This document shows, one piece after another, positions 34,215 to 46,660 of a stretch of DNA of 64,000 bases. Numbering within the stretch: the first letter of the stretch is position 1; each line of letters begins with the position of its first letter. Made by a program: the position numbers and the translations under genes. The notes under the pieces are model-generated. The model did not search any database. It worked only from the letters and a program-made list of their open reading frames with translations, and was not told the DNA's origin. Location of the stretch: positions 223,297 to 287,296 of the forward strand of contig CAWDPO010000010.1 in NCBI GenBank assembly GCA_963804165.1. Direction: 5' to 3'. The stretch is from an uncultured delta proteobacterium (GTDB lineage Bacteria > Desulfobacterota > Binatia > UBA9968).

Positions 34215-35561
34215 CTAGTGGTTACGCGCAAGCACCACCGCGACGGCGGCGCTCGCCACCGCCAGCACGGCCGCGGTGAGCACGCTGCGGTGGAACTCGG
34301 CCGTCTGGTCGGCGCCGGCGAGCGCGATCGAGACCAGCACGGCGAGGCCGAGCGCGCCGCCCATCTCGCGCGAGGTCTCGAGCGCGCCGCCCGCCAGCCC
34401 CGACTCCTCGGTGGTCACGCCCGCCAGCGCGGCGACCTGGACCGACACCTCGGCGAGCCCGAGCCCGAGCCCGATCACCGAGAACGGCAGGAAGAGCTCG
34501 GTCAGGTAGTCGACCTCGGCGGACACGCCGACGAGCCACAGCAGCCCGGCGCCCTGGATGACCATGCCGGCGGCGAGCGTCCAGCGCCGCGCCGATCCGG
34601 TTCATCAGCCCCGGGGCGACCCGCGCCGCGACCAGCAGCGAGATGATCGCGATCGGCAGCGTGCTCGCCCCGGTCGCCAGCGGCGAGTAGCCCTGGGACT
34701 GCTGGAGGAAGAGCGTGTTCTGGTAGATGAGGCCGAGGAAGCTCGCCCACAGCAGCCCGGCGGCGAGGTTGGCCAGCACGACCGAGCGCTTGCGCAGCGT
34801 CGCAGCGGGATCAGCGGCGTCGCGCTGCGGCCCTCGTTGCGGACGAAGAGCGCGAGCAGCGCGAGCCCGCCGAGCAGCGGCGCGAGCGTCGCGGCCGACA
34901 GCCAGCCCGCCTCGATGCTCTGGTGCACGCCGAAGGCGATCGCCATCAGGCCCACGGTCAGCGTGAGCGCGCCGCGCAGGTCGGCCCGCGCGCGCCGCTC
35001 GCGCGCCGGGTCCGCGGGCACGTACCGCAGGATCAGCGCGGCGAGCACGAGACCCACGGGCACGTTGAGGAAGAACGCCCACGGCCAGCCGGGGCCCTGG
35101 ACGATCACGCCGCTGAGGACCGAACTGCCGGCCGCCGCGGTGCCGCCGGCGGCGCCGAAGATGCCGAGCGCGCGATGGCGCTCAGGCCCTTCCTCGAAGG
35201 TCTGGGAGAGGATCGCGAGCGCGTTCGGCGCGGCCAGCGCGGCGCCGAGGCCCTGCGCGGCGCGGGCGCCGACGAGCACCTCCAGCGACGGCGCGAGCCC
35301 GCCCACGAGCGAGGCGGCGGCGAGCACGCGCGATCCCGGCCACGAGCACGGTGCGGTGCCCCGCGAGGTCGCCCATGCGGCCGCCGAGCAGCAGGAAGCC
35401 GGCGACGAAGACGCCGTAGCCGATCACGACCCATTGCAGGTCGGCCGGGTCGGCGTCGAGGTCGGCTGGATGGAGGGAAGCGCGGTGTTGACGACGGCGA
35501 GGTCGATGACGGCCATCGCCACCACGCCGCACATCAGCGCGAGGATCTGATTCTTGGCCAT
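34215..35561 (-). CDS. MFS efflux transporter, DHA2-like (frameshifted)
   Basis: IDLAVVNTALPSI, GFLLLGGRMGDL, ARAAQGLGAAL, WAFFLNVPVG. Confidence 0.85.
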
Positions 35562-35599
35562 ATCGAGTACCGACCGGACAGGCCGGCGGCACTCATCGC

Positions 35600-36522
35600 T
35601 CAGAGCGTCGGCGGCAGCCCGAAGGCCTCGAAGCGCGAGCCGTCGAGGAAGGCGACGATCGCGGCGATCCGGTCGCCGCGCAGCTCGAGCACGTCGAGCG
35701 CGTAGGCGCGGTAGACGCCGTCGCTGCCGCGCGTAGCAGCCGACCGCGAGCTGGCCGTTGGCGCGCGCCGGGAGGTGCCGCCAGTCGACCGTGAACGGGC
35801 CCTCTCGAGGAAGCCGCGCGATCGCCGTCGTGGCCGCCGTACCAGTTCAGCAGCGGCGGCATCGACCACGTCGCGTCCTCGGTCAGCAGCTCGAGCATCG
35901 CGTCCATGTCGCTGCGCTGCAGCGCACGCATGTAGCGCTCGACGAGCTCGCGCTGGCCCGTCGTCGCCGAGCGCCTGCAGCGTGTCCTGCTGCGTGCGCT
36001 CCGGCAGCCGCTCCTCGATCGCCTTGCGCGCCCGCTGCAGCGCGGAGTTCACCGAGGCCGCGCTCGTGTCCATCGCGTCGGCGATCTCCTGCGCGCTGAA
36101 GCCCAGCACGTCGAACATCAGCAGCGCCGCGCGCTGGTTGGCGGGCAGGTGCTGGACCGCGGCCACGAACGCCAGCTCGACGCTCTCGCGCGCCGCCACC
36201 GTCGCTCCGGGTCGTCCGGGAACGGCTCCAGCCACGGGATCTCGTTGCGCGGCTCGTCGAACGGCGAGCCCGGCTCGGCCGCCGGCCCGTAGTCGATCGG
36301 CAGCACCCGGCGCTCCTTGCGCTCGAGCTCGTTCAGGCAGGCGTTGGTGGCGATCCGGTGCAGCCACGTGCGCAGCGACGACGCGGCCCTGGAAGTCGGC
36401 GCGCCCGCGCCAGGCGCGCAGGCTCACCTCCTGCAGCACGTCCTCGGCGTCGTGCGCGAGCCGAGCATCCGGTAGCAGTGGGCGCGCAGTTCGGAGCGGA
36501 AGCCTTCGAGCGGATCCTCCAC
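35600..36522 (-). CDS. ECF sigma factor, SigG-like with SnoaL C-terminal domain (frameshifted)
   Basis: [53 protein letters not shown]. Confidence 0.87.
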
Positions 36523-36545
36523 GCCGTCGATCGTAGACTCCGGCC

Positions 36546-37060
36546 ATGCCGCGGCGGCCGCGGCGCAAGGGCGGGACATGAAGGACGGCGAGCGCCGCCA
36601 GCTCGCCTACGCGTCGCGGCGGGCGGGCGTGCCGCTGCCGGAGGTCGAGCCCGGCGACCGCGTGCGCGTGCTGTGCGACGGCGGCTCGCGCGGGAATCCG
36701 GGCCCGGCCGCGGTGGCCGCCGTCGTCGTCGACGCCGACGGGGCGGTGCTCGCGCAGCGCGCGCGGCGGATCGGCCGCGCGACCGCCGCCGAGGCCGAGT
36801 ACCGGGCGATCCGCTTCGGGCTCGAGCTCGCCGGCGGGCGTCGCGGAGATCGAGGTCCGCAGCGACTCCCAGCTCGCGATCGAGCGCCTGCGCGCCGGCG
36901 AGGGCCCGGACGACGTGCTGGCCGCCGCGCGCGCGTTCGCCGACGTGCGCTGGGAGTGGCATCCGCGCGCGGCCAACGAGGCCGCCGACGCGCTCGTGCG
37001 CAAGCTGCTCTGGCCCGGTATTGGGCGGCCGCGTTCGCGGGCATTCGGCATCGGCGATGA
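36546..37060 (+). CDS. Ribonuclease HI family protein (frameshifted)
   Basis: CDGGSRGNPGPAA, AEYRAI..GLELA, RSDSQL, PRAANEAADAL. Confidence 0.8.
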
Positions 37061-37997
37061 CGATCGAGGACTACTGGCAGTGGTGGGCGGCCGCGCGCGA
37101 GTCCGTCGTGGACGCGGTCGACGGCGGCCGCACCGACGACCCGGCGATCCGCGGAGCTGCTGGACCGGGTCGCGGAGCTCGGCCTGGCGTGCGAGATGGG
37201 CCCGGGCGTGCAGGCCCGGCACGCGTTGTGCGTCTCGGCCAACGGCGACCCGGCGCTGCGCAAGCTCGCCTACCGCTGGTACGACGCGGCGCCGCCCGCC
37301 GGACGCGGCGTTCGAGTTCCACCCCGCGCGGATCGCCGCGCCCGTCGGCGGCCGGACATGGTGCTGATGCTCGGCGACGAGGAGTTCGCGTTCGCCGACT
37401 TCCGCTTCGACGTCAGCGTCGACGAGGACCGGATGGAGCTCGACCTCGTGGTCGCGCACCCCGCGTTCCCGCGAGCTGGACGAGGACACGCGCGGCGCAG
37501 GTCGGGTTCCTCGGGCTCGACAACATCCTCGGCGAGGAGGAGGTCGAGCGCTGGATCGGCGCGCCTCGAGTGGAGCGAGCGGCCGCCCGAGCGGCGGCGT
37601 CGGCGCGCGCGAGCTGCGCGCGCAGGTCGACCGGCTGGCCGCGACCGCCCCTCCGGCGAGTGGGCGGTGCTGCGCGGCGAGGACGCGATCGTGGTCGCCG
37701 CGCGGCCGCTGCGCCCCGTCGACCATCCGTACTTCGACGAGCTGTGCGAGCTCACGGCGGCTCGTCGGCGAGCTCGGCGAGCTGCAGGACCACGAGGAGG
37801 CGCTGACGCGCGCATTTCGGCGAGCGCGCCTTCCACGCCGCGAGCCTCACGCGCGAGCGGCGAGCGGACCGCGTTCGTGTACGTCGACCGCGACGAGTCG
37901 ACGTCGACCGAGCTGGGCGCCTGGGCCTCCGACGCGGGGCTACGGGTTCCACTGCTCGCACGATCCCGCGTGGGACGCCGTGCGCGCGTTTCGCTAG
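37057..37997 (+). CDS. Hypothetical protein, DUF695-like (frameshifted)
   Basis: MTIEDYWQWW..., CVSANGDPALR, LDNILGEEEVERWIG recovered across frames. Confidence 0.6.
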
Positions 37998-38092
37998 TCA
38001 AGTTGCCTACTGCCAAACGTTTGCCTCTGGACAATCATGGGCAGATCTCCCAACTTTGCCACAACGTCTGTACAGCGCGGTACGTTCGTCAC

Positions 38093-39692
38093 ATGACGGA
38101 CTTGCTGCAACAGCCCACGGGCGTGCACGTCGACCTGGACGGTCGGTCGCTCACCATCGACGAGGCGGTGAGGTTCGCCCGCGGCGGCGGACGCGCCGTG
38201 CTCTCGCCCGAGGCCGCGCGGCGCGTCGAGCAGACGCGCGCGCTCAAGCAGGACCTGATCGCGCGCGAGATCCCGATCTACGGGGTCACGACCGGCTTCG
38301 GCGACTCCGCGCACCGCCAGATCGCGCCCGAGAAGGCGGCCAGGCTGCAGCAGAACATGCTGCGCTTCCTCGGCGCCGGGACGGGCCAGATCGCTTCACC
38401 CGAGGTCACCCGCGCGACGATGCTCTTCCGCGCGAACTGCCTGGCGAAGGGCAACTCGGGCGTCCGGCTCGAGCTGATCGAGCGCCTGCTGACGCTGCTG
38501 AACCACGACATCCTGCCGCTGATCCCCGAGCGCGGGTCGTGCGGCGCCAGCGGCGATCTCGTGCCGCTGTCCTACGTCGGCCGCGCGCTGGCCGGCGAGA
38601 CCGAGGTGCTCTACGAGGGCGAGGTCCGCGAGGCGGCCGACGTGCTCGCCGAGCTCGGGCTGGAGCCGTTCTTCCTGGAGGCCAAGGAAGGCCTCGCGAT
38701 GACCAACGGCACGTCGTTCATGAGCGGCTTCGCCGTCGCTGGCCGTGCACGACGCGCGCGAGCTGGCCTTCGTCGCCGACCTCTGCACGGCGATGGCCTC
38801 GCAGGCGCTGATGGGCAACCACGGCCACTTCAACGCCTTCCTGTTCGAGGCCAAGCCGCACCCGGGGATCATCGAGTCGGCCGCCAACGTGCGGATGCTG
38901 CTCGACGGGCTCGGCGCTCACGCACGACGCCGAGGAGGTCGTGCCGCTCGACGGCGCCGGCTTCCGCGAGCTCGAGCGCTCCGTGCAGGACAAGTACTCG
39001 ATCCGCTGCGCGCCGCACATCACGGGCGCGCTGCGCGACACGCTCGAGTGGGTCGAGAAGTGGGTCGCGATCGAGATCAACTCGTCCGACGACAACCCGC
39101 TGTTCGACGCCGGCGCCGGCCGCGTGCAGAGCGGCGGCAACTTCTACGGCAGCCACATCACGCAGGCCATGGACGCGCTGAAGATCGCGCTGGCCAACAT
39201 GTGCCGACCTGCTTCGACCGCCAGCTCGAGCTGATCGTCGACGAGAAGTTCAACTCGGGCCTGACGCCCAACCTGATCCCGTACTTCGATCCCACCGATC
39301 CCGAGGCCGGTCTGCATCACGGCTTCAAGGGCATGCAGCTCTCGTGCTCGGCGCTCACCGCCGAGGCGCTGAAGCTGTGCAATCCGGCGAGCATCCACTC
39401 GCGCTCGACGGAGGCCCACAACCAGGACAAGGTCTCCATGGGGACGATCGCCGCGCGCGACGCGCGCTCGATCGTGGAGATCCTGCAGCACATCGCCGCC
39501 ATCCACCTGATCGCGATCGCGCAGGCCCTGGACCTGCGCGGGGTGGAGAAGGCCAGCCCGAAGGCCCGCGAGGCGCACGCGCTGATCCGCGCGCGCGTCG
39601 CGTTCCTGGACGGCGACCGGCGGATGGACCGCGACATCGCGCGTGTCGTGGAGCTCATCCGCTCCGGCGAGCTGTCAGCCGTCCTGGCGTAG
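38093..39692 (+). CDS. Aromatic amino acid ammonia-lyase (MIO enzyme), PAL-like (frameshifted)
   Basis: IYGVTTGFG, GASGDLVPLSY (MIO), KEGLAMTNGTS, QDKYSIRCAPH, DNP, GGNFYG, HNQDKVSMG. Confidence 0.92.
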
Positions 39693-39706
39693 GAGGGGTT
39701 GCACGG

Positions 39707-39733
39707 GGCGGCCCTCGCTTTGCGAGGGTCGCC
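39707..39733 (+). terminator. Hairpin after the ammonia-lyase gene
   Basis: ggcggccctcgc-ttt-gcgagggtcgcc. Confidence 0.65.
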
Positions 39734-39792
39734 TCTTGCGCAGTCTCTACCGGCGCGGCCGGCGCCGCTCGACTGACTACCTTGCGGCCTCG

Positions 39793-41337
39793 TGAGAGGC
39801 GGCTCCTCGATCCTGATCGCACTGCTGGCGCTGACCGGTTCCGCGCGCGCGGACGTGTTCGTGCCCGCCGATCCGCCGCCGGCGGCGTGAGGACTGCGTC
39901 GTCGGCGGCGGGCGACGCGATCGTCGTCCGGCTCCGGCGGGCGGCTGCGGCTGAGCGTCGGCGGCGGCGCGTTCCAGCCGCTCGAAGGGCTCGGCGGCTG
40001 CCCCTCCCTGGCCGCGGCCGACGACGGCACGCTGGCGATCGTCGGCTCCGGGCAGGAGCCGACGCGGATGGTGGTCCGGCGCCTGGCGGAGCGTTCAGCG
40101 CGCCGATCGCGCTCGGCGAGTCGCGACGGCGGCCCGGATCTCGCCGTCGCGCGCGGCGGCTGGGCCGCGGTCGCCTGGCTCGCGCGCGAGACGACGTCGT
40201 CACGTTGACGCTCCTCGTCGTCGCGCCCGACGGGCGCCAGTCGCGCACGATCCTCGAGCGGACGCGCATCCGTATCGTCGATCGCGCCGCAGGTCGGCAT
40301 CGACCCGGCCGGTGACGTCGACCGTCGCTCTGGTCGCGCTACGAGCGCGCGTGCGGCGGCTGCGGGTCGCGCGCGGTCGGCGTGCGGGCGTCGCGCCGGT
40401 CGTGAGCGACCTGCCGGGCGTGCTGAGCTCGCGCTTCGTCCGGCGGCGCCGTATTCGCGTGGCCGTCGCGCCGAGCGGCGCGACGCCTGCTCGCGTGGGC
40501 GGCGGAGGACGGCGTGCGGGCGTCGAGGGTGACGGCGGCGAGCCGGTCCTGATCTCGACTCGGCGCGACGCGTCGTCGCTCACCGCGGCGATCAACGACG
40601 CGGGTGCGGCGCTGGTCGCGCACGGGAACTCCGCGGGCGAGGTGGTGCTGCGTCGACCGCGCGCCCGGCGGCGCCTGGACGGTCCCGCGCGTGCTGGACG
40701 AGCTCGACGCCGGCAGCACGTCATCGACGGCGACACCGAGGCAACGCCCGGTGCGCGACAGCGTGCTCGCTCCCGACGGACGCGCGATCGTCGTCTGGAG
40801 CGACGCCCGCGACGGGCTCATGACGCGTCGTGGCCGCCAACGGGCGGGCGGGCGGACGCTGGTCCGGCCCGGCCACGCTGTCGGCGATCACCCGCGACGG
40901 CCTACGCCCCCGCACTCTCGCTCGACGCGCTGGGCGAGCCGCGCGTGCTCTGGAGCGAGATCGGCGCCGGCATCCGCGGCGCGACGGCTGGCCGCCGCCG
41001 CCGTCGACATCACCCCGCCGGTGGTGAGCGCGCGGCTGCCCGGCGCGCTGGCGCCTGACCGCCTCCGGCCGCTTCCGCCTCTCCGTCACTGTGCGCTGCT
41101 CGGAGGCCTGCGACGCGCGCCTCGGCGTGCGCGGCACCGGCGTCGTGCGGGCGCTTCCGGCCGGCCGCACCGTCACGCTGCGCTACGTCACGTCGGCCGA
41201 ACTGAGCCAGGCGCTGCGCCGCCGCCGCCCGCGCGCGCGGCGGGTGCGTGTCCGGCTGGTGGTGATCGACCGCGCCGGCAACGTGGTGCGCACCTCGCGC
41301 CTCGTGCCGCGTGGGCAAGCGCACGGTCAGCCGGTAG
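39793..41337 (+). CDS. Secreted hypothetical protein with beta-repeat segments (heavily frameshifted)
   Basis: Signal peptide MRGGSSILIALLALTGSARA; C-terminal VRCSEACD...VIDRAGNV. Confidence 0.55.
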
Positions 41338-41512
41338 GCGGTCGCGCGAACGCGCGCGCCCACCCTCGCCGCTGGCCGACGCCCACGCGCGCCGCCTCGC
41401 GGACCTCCTCGTCGAGATACTCGTGCGCTCTGAGCGTGTCGGGATCGATCGGTCGCACGAGGCGCACGCCGTGGGCCGTGGGCGGATTCAGCCCTTCCTT
41501 GCGCTGAATCAT
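41327..41512 (-). CDS. Small hypothetical protein
   Basis: MIQRKEGLNPPTAHGVRLVRPIDPD...; ATG abuts a palindromic operator. Confidence 0.4.
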   Translation of the reverse strand: MIQRKEGLNPPTAHGVRLVRPIDPDTLRAHEYLDEEVREAARVGVGQRRGWARAFARPPTG

Positions 41513-41546
41513 TGACAGTGTCAACAGTTTCTGTTGACTCTGTCAA
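41512..41546. promoter_or_regulatory. Nested palindromic operator
   Basis: TTGACAGTGTCAA-CAGTTTCTG-TTGACTCTGTCAA. Confidence 0.7.
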
Positions 41547-41621
41547 CGATCTCGACGGAAGAGGGTGCGACGCCCGGGTCTCGACCTCCGCACGGGACGC
41601 GGCCCCTGCGACGCCGACGGT

Positions 41622-41742
41622 GTCGGCCACGGCCACGACGTCGGCCAGGCCACGACGTCGACCACGACCACGACGTCGACCACGACCACGACGTCGACCA
41701 CGACCACGAGGTCGGCCACGACCACCCACGTCGGCCACGACC
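41622..41742. repeat. 18-bp tandem repeat (CCACGACGTCGACCACGA)
   Basis: 3 near-perfect units plus degenerate flanking units. Confidence 0.85.
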
Positions 41743-41815
41743 GCGGGGTCGGCGACGCCGAGCCGTGCCCGCCCGCGCCGCCGCAGGCGTGCCGCGCCGG
41801 GGGCGCGCGCCCCAC

Positions 41816-43196
41816 TCAGGCGAACGCGGGTTCCGCGGCGCTGCGCCGCTCGCGCCCGAGCAGCAGCGTCGGCACGAGCGCGGCCAGCAGGGCGAGCGCG
41901 CCCATCGCGAACGCGAGCGTGTAGCCGTCGCCGGTGCCCGGGTGCGCGGAGACGAGCGCGGCCGCGATCTGCGCGCCGATCGCGGCGCCCGAGGTGCGCA
42001 TGATCGTGTTCATCCCGCTCGTCACGCCGGTCTCCTCGGGGCGCGAGTGGTCGATCACCAGCGCGCCGATCGCGGCCAGCGCGAACGCCATGCCCGCGCC
42101 CATGATCGGCAGCCAGACGCGCGAACAGCCAGCTGGTCGGCGTGCAGCAGCGGCCAGGCCGGCGAGGCTGACCGCGCCGAGCGACGAGGCCGATCCGCAG
42201 CGGCAGCACGCGGCCGCGGCGCGTGCCGAGCGCGCCCGCGGCCGGGCCCGGCGGCGATCATCGCCAGCGAGAACGGGAGCAGCAGCAGGCCCGCCTCGGT
42301 CGGGCTGAGGCGCGAACCCGAACCGTCGGACTGCAGGAAGCCGGGGACGAGCACGAAGAACGCGGTCATCGAGAAGCCGAGCAGGACCGTCGCTGGCGTT
42401 GGTCGCCGCCATCCCGGGCGGATCAGCGTCGGCAGGTCCACCAGCGGGTCCTCGACGCGGCGCTCGATCGCGACCCACGCCGCGAGCGCGGCGCACGACA
42501 GCGCGGCCAGCGCCGAGCACGCCCGGCGACGTCCAGCCCCAGTTCGTGCCCTCGCTGAGCGCGAGCAGCAGCGCGGCGAAGCCGACCGACAGCGCGGCGG
42601 CGCCCGCGTAGTCGGGCTTCGCGGGCGTCTTGATCGGCGACTCGGGCACGAACGCGCGATCAGCACCGTCGAGATCAGCACCGGCAGCGCGCCGATCAGG
42701 AACAGCGACGTGCCAGCTCAGGTGCTCGACGATCACGCCGCTGAGCACCAGGCCGACGCCGCCGCCGATGCCGAACACCGAGCTCACCGTGCCGATCGCG
42801 ACGCCCGACCTTGTGCGGGCGGGAACTCGTCGCGGATGATCCCGAAGCCAGCGGGAAGATCGCCGCGCCCGGCGCCCTGCAGCGCGCGGAACGCGATCAG
42901 CACCCGATGTTCGGCGCCAGCGCCGCGCCGAGGCGACGCGCAGCCCGAAGATGGCCAGCGAGATCACCAGCAGCTTCTTCTTGCCGTGCGCGTCGCCGAG
43001 CTTGCCGAGGATCGGCGTCAGCACCGACGAGCTCACGAGGAAGCTCGTCACCAGCCACGTCGCCCACGCCGGCGACGTGTCGAACTCCGTCGACGAAGAA
43101 CGGCAGCGCCGGCACGACCAGCGTCTGCATCAGCGCGAACGAGATCCCCGCGATCATCAGCAGAGCCAGCGTGAAGCTGTGGGAGCGCGACGGCAT
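41816..43196 (-). CDS. MFS transporter (frameshifted)
   Basis: MQTLVVPALP, TPILGKLGDAHGKK, ETGVTSGMNTIMR. Confidence 0.85.
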
Positions 43197-43497
43197 GCGG
43201 CCAGCTTGCCGCCCGCCGGCCGGCCCGCACCATGGGGGTCACCTCGGCGCCGCCGGTGCGGGGCACCACACGCGCAGCTCGGCGGGAATCCTCGGCCAGC
43301 ACTGCGCGCCGTCCGCGCGCGACGCTCGCGCTCGCCACGGCGCCGCGGCATCGACGCCAGCGTCCGACCGGCGCTCGCCGCTGCGGCTCCGCACGCGCCG
43401 CCACGCGGCCGCTACAGCAGGCGCACGTCAGCGGTCGCCCGCGCTCACGCGATCGCGCCACGCGGACCCCGCGCGCGCGGCAGCGCGCCGCGCCGGC

Positions 43498-44354
43498 TCA
43501 GTCCGTGGGCGGCTTGAACTGGCCGATCGCGAACGTCTCGCCCTCGGGGTCGCGGATCACGGCGATGCGGACGTACGGGACGTCGAAGGGCTCGACCAGC
43601 ACGGTGCCGCCGAGGCTCCTTCGCGCGGGCGGCGGTCTCGTCGGCGTCGGCGACCGAGAACGTGACGACCCAGCGGGCGGCGCCGTCCTCGCGCGCGGGC
43701 GGCTGCATCCAGCCGATCGCGTCCGAGAAGCCCTCGGGCGCGCCCATCGACTTGTGGCCCTCGAGCGTGCCCGGGTTGAGCGACTCGAGGTGGTCGCCGT
43801 AGCCCGGGCACGCGGATCATCGCGCTCGGGCCCTGGCCGAGGTCGACCTCGTCGAACTCCCAGCCGAAGACCGCGCCGTAGAACGCCTTCGCGGCTTCGA
43901 TGTCGCGGGTCTCGAGGTCGCTCCAGTTCCACGAGCCCGGGCGCGTTGACGAGCTCGGCACCCCGGCCGTGCGCCCGGCCTGCCAGACGCGGAACGTGCG
44001 CGCCCTCGGGGTCGGCGAAGACCGCCATCCGGCCCGCCGGCGCCGACGTCGAACGGCGCGGCCACGACCGTCCCGCCGGCGGCCTCGACCTTCGCGACGA
44101 TCGCGTCGGCGTCCGCGACGCGATGTAGGTGTTCCACGCCGGGCCCGACGTGCCCTCGAACGCCGCGCCGATCCCGGCCACGGTCGAGCCCGTCGATCTT
44201 GGCCATCACGAACCGCGGCGCGCCGGGCGGCGTCACGTCTTCGAACGACCAGCCGAACAGCCCGCCGTAGAAGGCGGCCGCGGCGTCGACGTCCGTCGCG
44301 CTCGGTGTCGATGAAGCAGGTCACGCCGGGCGGATAGGTCTCTCGCGGGGTCAT
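43498..44354 (-). CDS. Two-domain VOC/glyoxalase protein (frameshifted)
   Basis: YPPGVTCFID, AAFYGGLFGW, AGRMAVFADPEG, RDPEGETF. Confidence 0.85.
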
Positions 44355-44394
44355 GGACGGCAAGCTACGGAGGATTGCGGCCAGGATCGGTCCT

Positions 44395-45608
44395 CAATCG
44401 TTCGGCAGCAAGCGGCATCTCGATCCCGCGGATCGCGGCCGAGCAGCACGCCGCGCGTGAGCAGCTTGGAGCCGAACTTGTCGCGCACCTCGTCGACCGC
44501 CGCGTCGAGCGCCAGCGTCCGCACGCGGTCGACCGGCAGCGCGAGCTGCACGGCGTCGATGTCCTCGAGGTTGGTGAGCGACAGGCCGACGAGCGTGCAG
44601 CCGCGCGCCGCGGATCGTCGGCATGCGCCGCCTCCATCAGCTCGCGCGCCGCGCCCAGCAGCACGCGCGACTCCGCCGTCGCCTCGGCGATCGTGAGCGA
44701 GCGCGTCGCGCGCGAGAAGTCGTCGAAGCGCAGCCGCAGGATCACGGTCCGCGCCACGCGCCGCGCCGCGCGCAGCCGCCGCGTGATCCGGTCGATCAGC
44801 CCGACCAGCACCTCGTCGAGGTACTCGGGCGCCTTCGGCTGCCCGCGCCGCCCGATCGCCCGCTGGCCGCCGATCGAGCGCCGCCGCACGCCGACCGTCA
44901 CCCGCCGCGGATCGCGATTGTGCGCGAGCGCGTGCAGCTGCCGGCCCGACGCGCGCCCGAGCATCCCGACCAGCGCCGTCTCCGGCAGCTCGCGCGACCT
45001 CCCCCACCGTCGTGATCCCGCGCGCGTGCAGCTTGTCCGCCGTCTTGACCCCGACGCCCCAGAGCTTCTCGACCGGCAGCGGATGCAGGAACTCGAGCTC
45101 TCGCGTCCGGCTCCACGAGCAGCAGCCCGTCCGGCTTCGCCACCCCCGAGGCGACCTTGGCCAGGAACTTCGTCCGCGCCACCCCGACCGTGATCGGCAG
45201 CCCGACCTCGCTCGCGCACCCGCTCGCGCAGCCGCGCGGCGATCTCCACCGGCGCGCCGGCGATCCGCCGCATCCCGCGCACGTCGAGGAACGCCTCGTC
45301 GATCGACATCCCCTCGACCACCGGCGACATGTCGTCGAAGATCCTGAAGACCTCCTTGCTCGCCGCCGAATAGGCCTCGAAGCGCGACGGCACGACGATC
45401 ATGTGCGGGCACAGCTCCCGCGCCTTCCGCCCCGGCATCGCCGTCTTGACCCCGAACGCCTTCGCCTCGTAGCTCGCGGCCAGCACCACTCCCCCGCCGA
45501 CGACGACCGGGCGGCCCTGCAGCCGCGGGTCGTCGCGCTGCTCGACCGACGCGAAGAACGAGTCGAGGTCCGCGTGGAGGATGTTCGCCTCGGCATTGAC
45601 ACGAACAT
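44395..45608 (-). CDS. dinB: DNA polymerase IV (frameshifted)
   Basis: [42 protein letters not shown]. Confidence 0.92.
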
Positions 45609-45615
45609 ATGTTCC
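45602..45615. promoter_or_regulatory. LexA (SOS) box overlapping the dinB start
   Basis: CGAACATATGTTCC = GAAC-N4-GTTC. Confidence 0.8.
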
Positions 45616-45709
45616 CGTCCGACCCGGACGGAATACTCCGCCGCGTGCTCCGAGAACCCCAGAGAAAGCAGACGCTCCCGCCGATGGCGAGGGCGTCCGC
45701 GACGCCGTG

Positions 45710-46660
45710 AGGAGCGGTCCAGGCGTGCATGAGCAACGGGCGGCGCCTCGCCCGCGCTCTCGTCGTCGTCCTCGACCGGCTGCGGCTTCGTGAACGGCAG
45801 CAGGAGCGCGGCGAGGATCGCCGGGACGATCAGCGCGACCGCCCACCAGTAGGTGTGCGTGAACGCGCTCGCCATCGTGTCGCGCACCTCGAGCGGCAGG
45901 TTCGCGCCCGTGCCGCCGAGGCCGGTGTCGCGCCGCCACCGCCGAGGCGGTCGCGCAGCGCGACCGTGAGGATCACGGACATGACCGCGGTGCCGATCGA
46001 GGCGCCGACCTGCTGGATGATGTTCAGCGTCGTGCTGGCGCGGGCGATCTGGACCCGGCGCAGCGTCTGCAGCGCGCCGGTCATCAGCGGCATCATCGAG
46101 AAGCCCATGCCGATGCCCATCACGAACAGGACCCCGCTCAGCGTCCAGTAGGACGTGTCGCCCGAGAGCTGCGTCAGGCCGAGGGTCGAGGCGAGCAGGA
46201 CAGCAGGCCCGGGACCACGATCCTGCCGACGCCGGTGCGGTCGGCGAGCTGGCCGGCGATCGGCATCACGATCATCGCGCCGATGCCCTGCGGGGCGAGC
46301 AGCAGGCCGGAGTCGAAGGCCGACTCGCCGCGCACCGCCTGCAGGTAGAGCGGGAGCAGCAGCATCGCGCCGAAGACGCTGATGATCATCAGCATCAGCG
46401 TGGCCGAGGCGGCGGAGAACGTGCGGTTCTTGAACAGGCGCAGGTCGATCAGCGCGTACGGCGTGCGCAGCGCGTGGAAGACGAAGCCGACGACGAGCGC
46501 GGCGCCGATCAGCGCCGGAGCCCAGACCTCGGTCGCGCCGAAGCCGCCGGAGGAGGCCGACTCGGCGAGGCCGTAGATCATCAGCGCGAGGCCCGGCGAG
46601 AGCAGCGCGAGGCCGAGCACGTCGAAGCGCTCGCCCGGCTGCGGTTCGCTGCGAGGACTC
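45710..46660 (-). CDS. DHA2 (EmrB/QacA) MFS transporter, C-terminal half only
   Basis: FDVLGLALLSPGL, LIDLRLFKNR, LLPLYLQ, IQQVGASIGTA; N-terminal helices not found. Confidence 0.75.

Noticed and set aside
41622-41742. Possible CRISPR array
   Set aside because: Contiguous tandem units without unique spacers; no cas genes in the window
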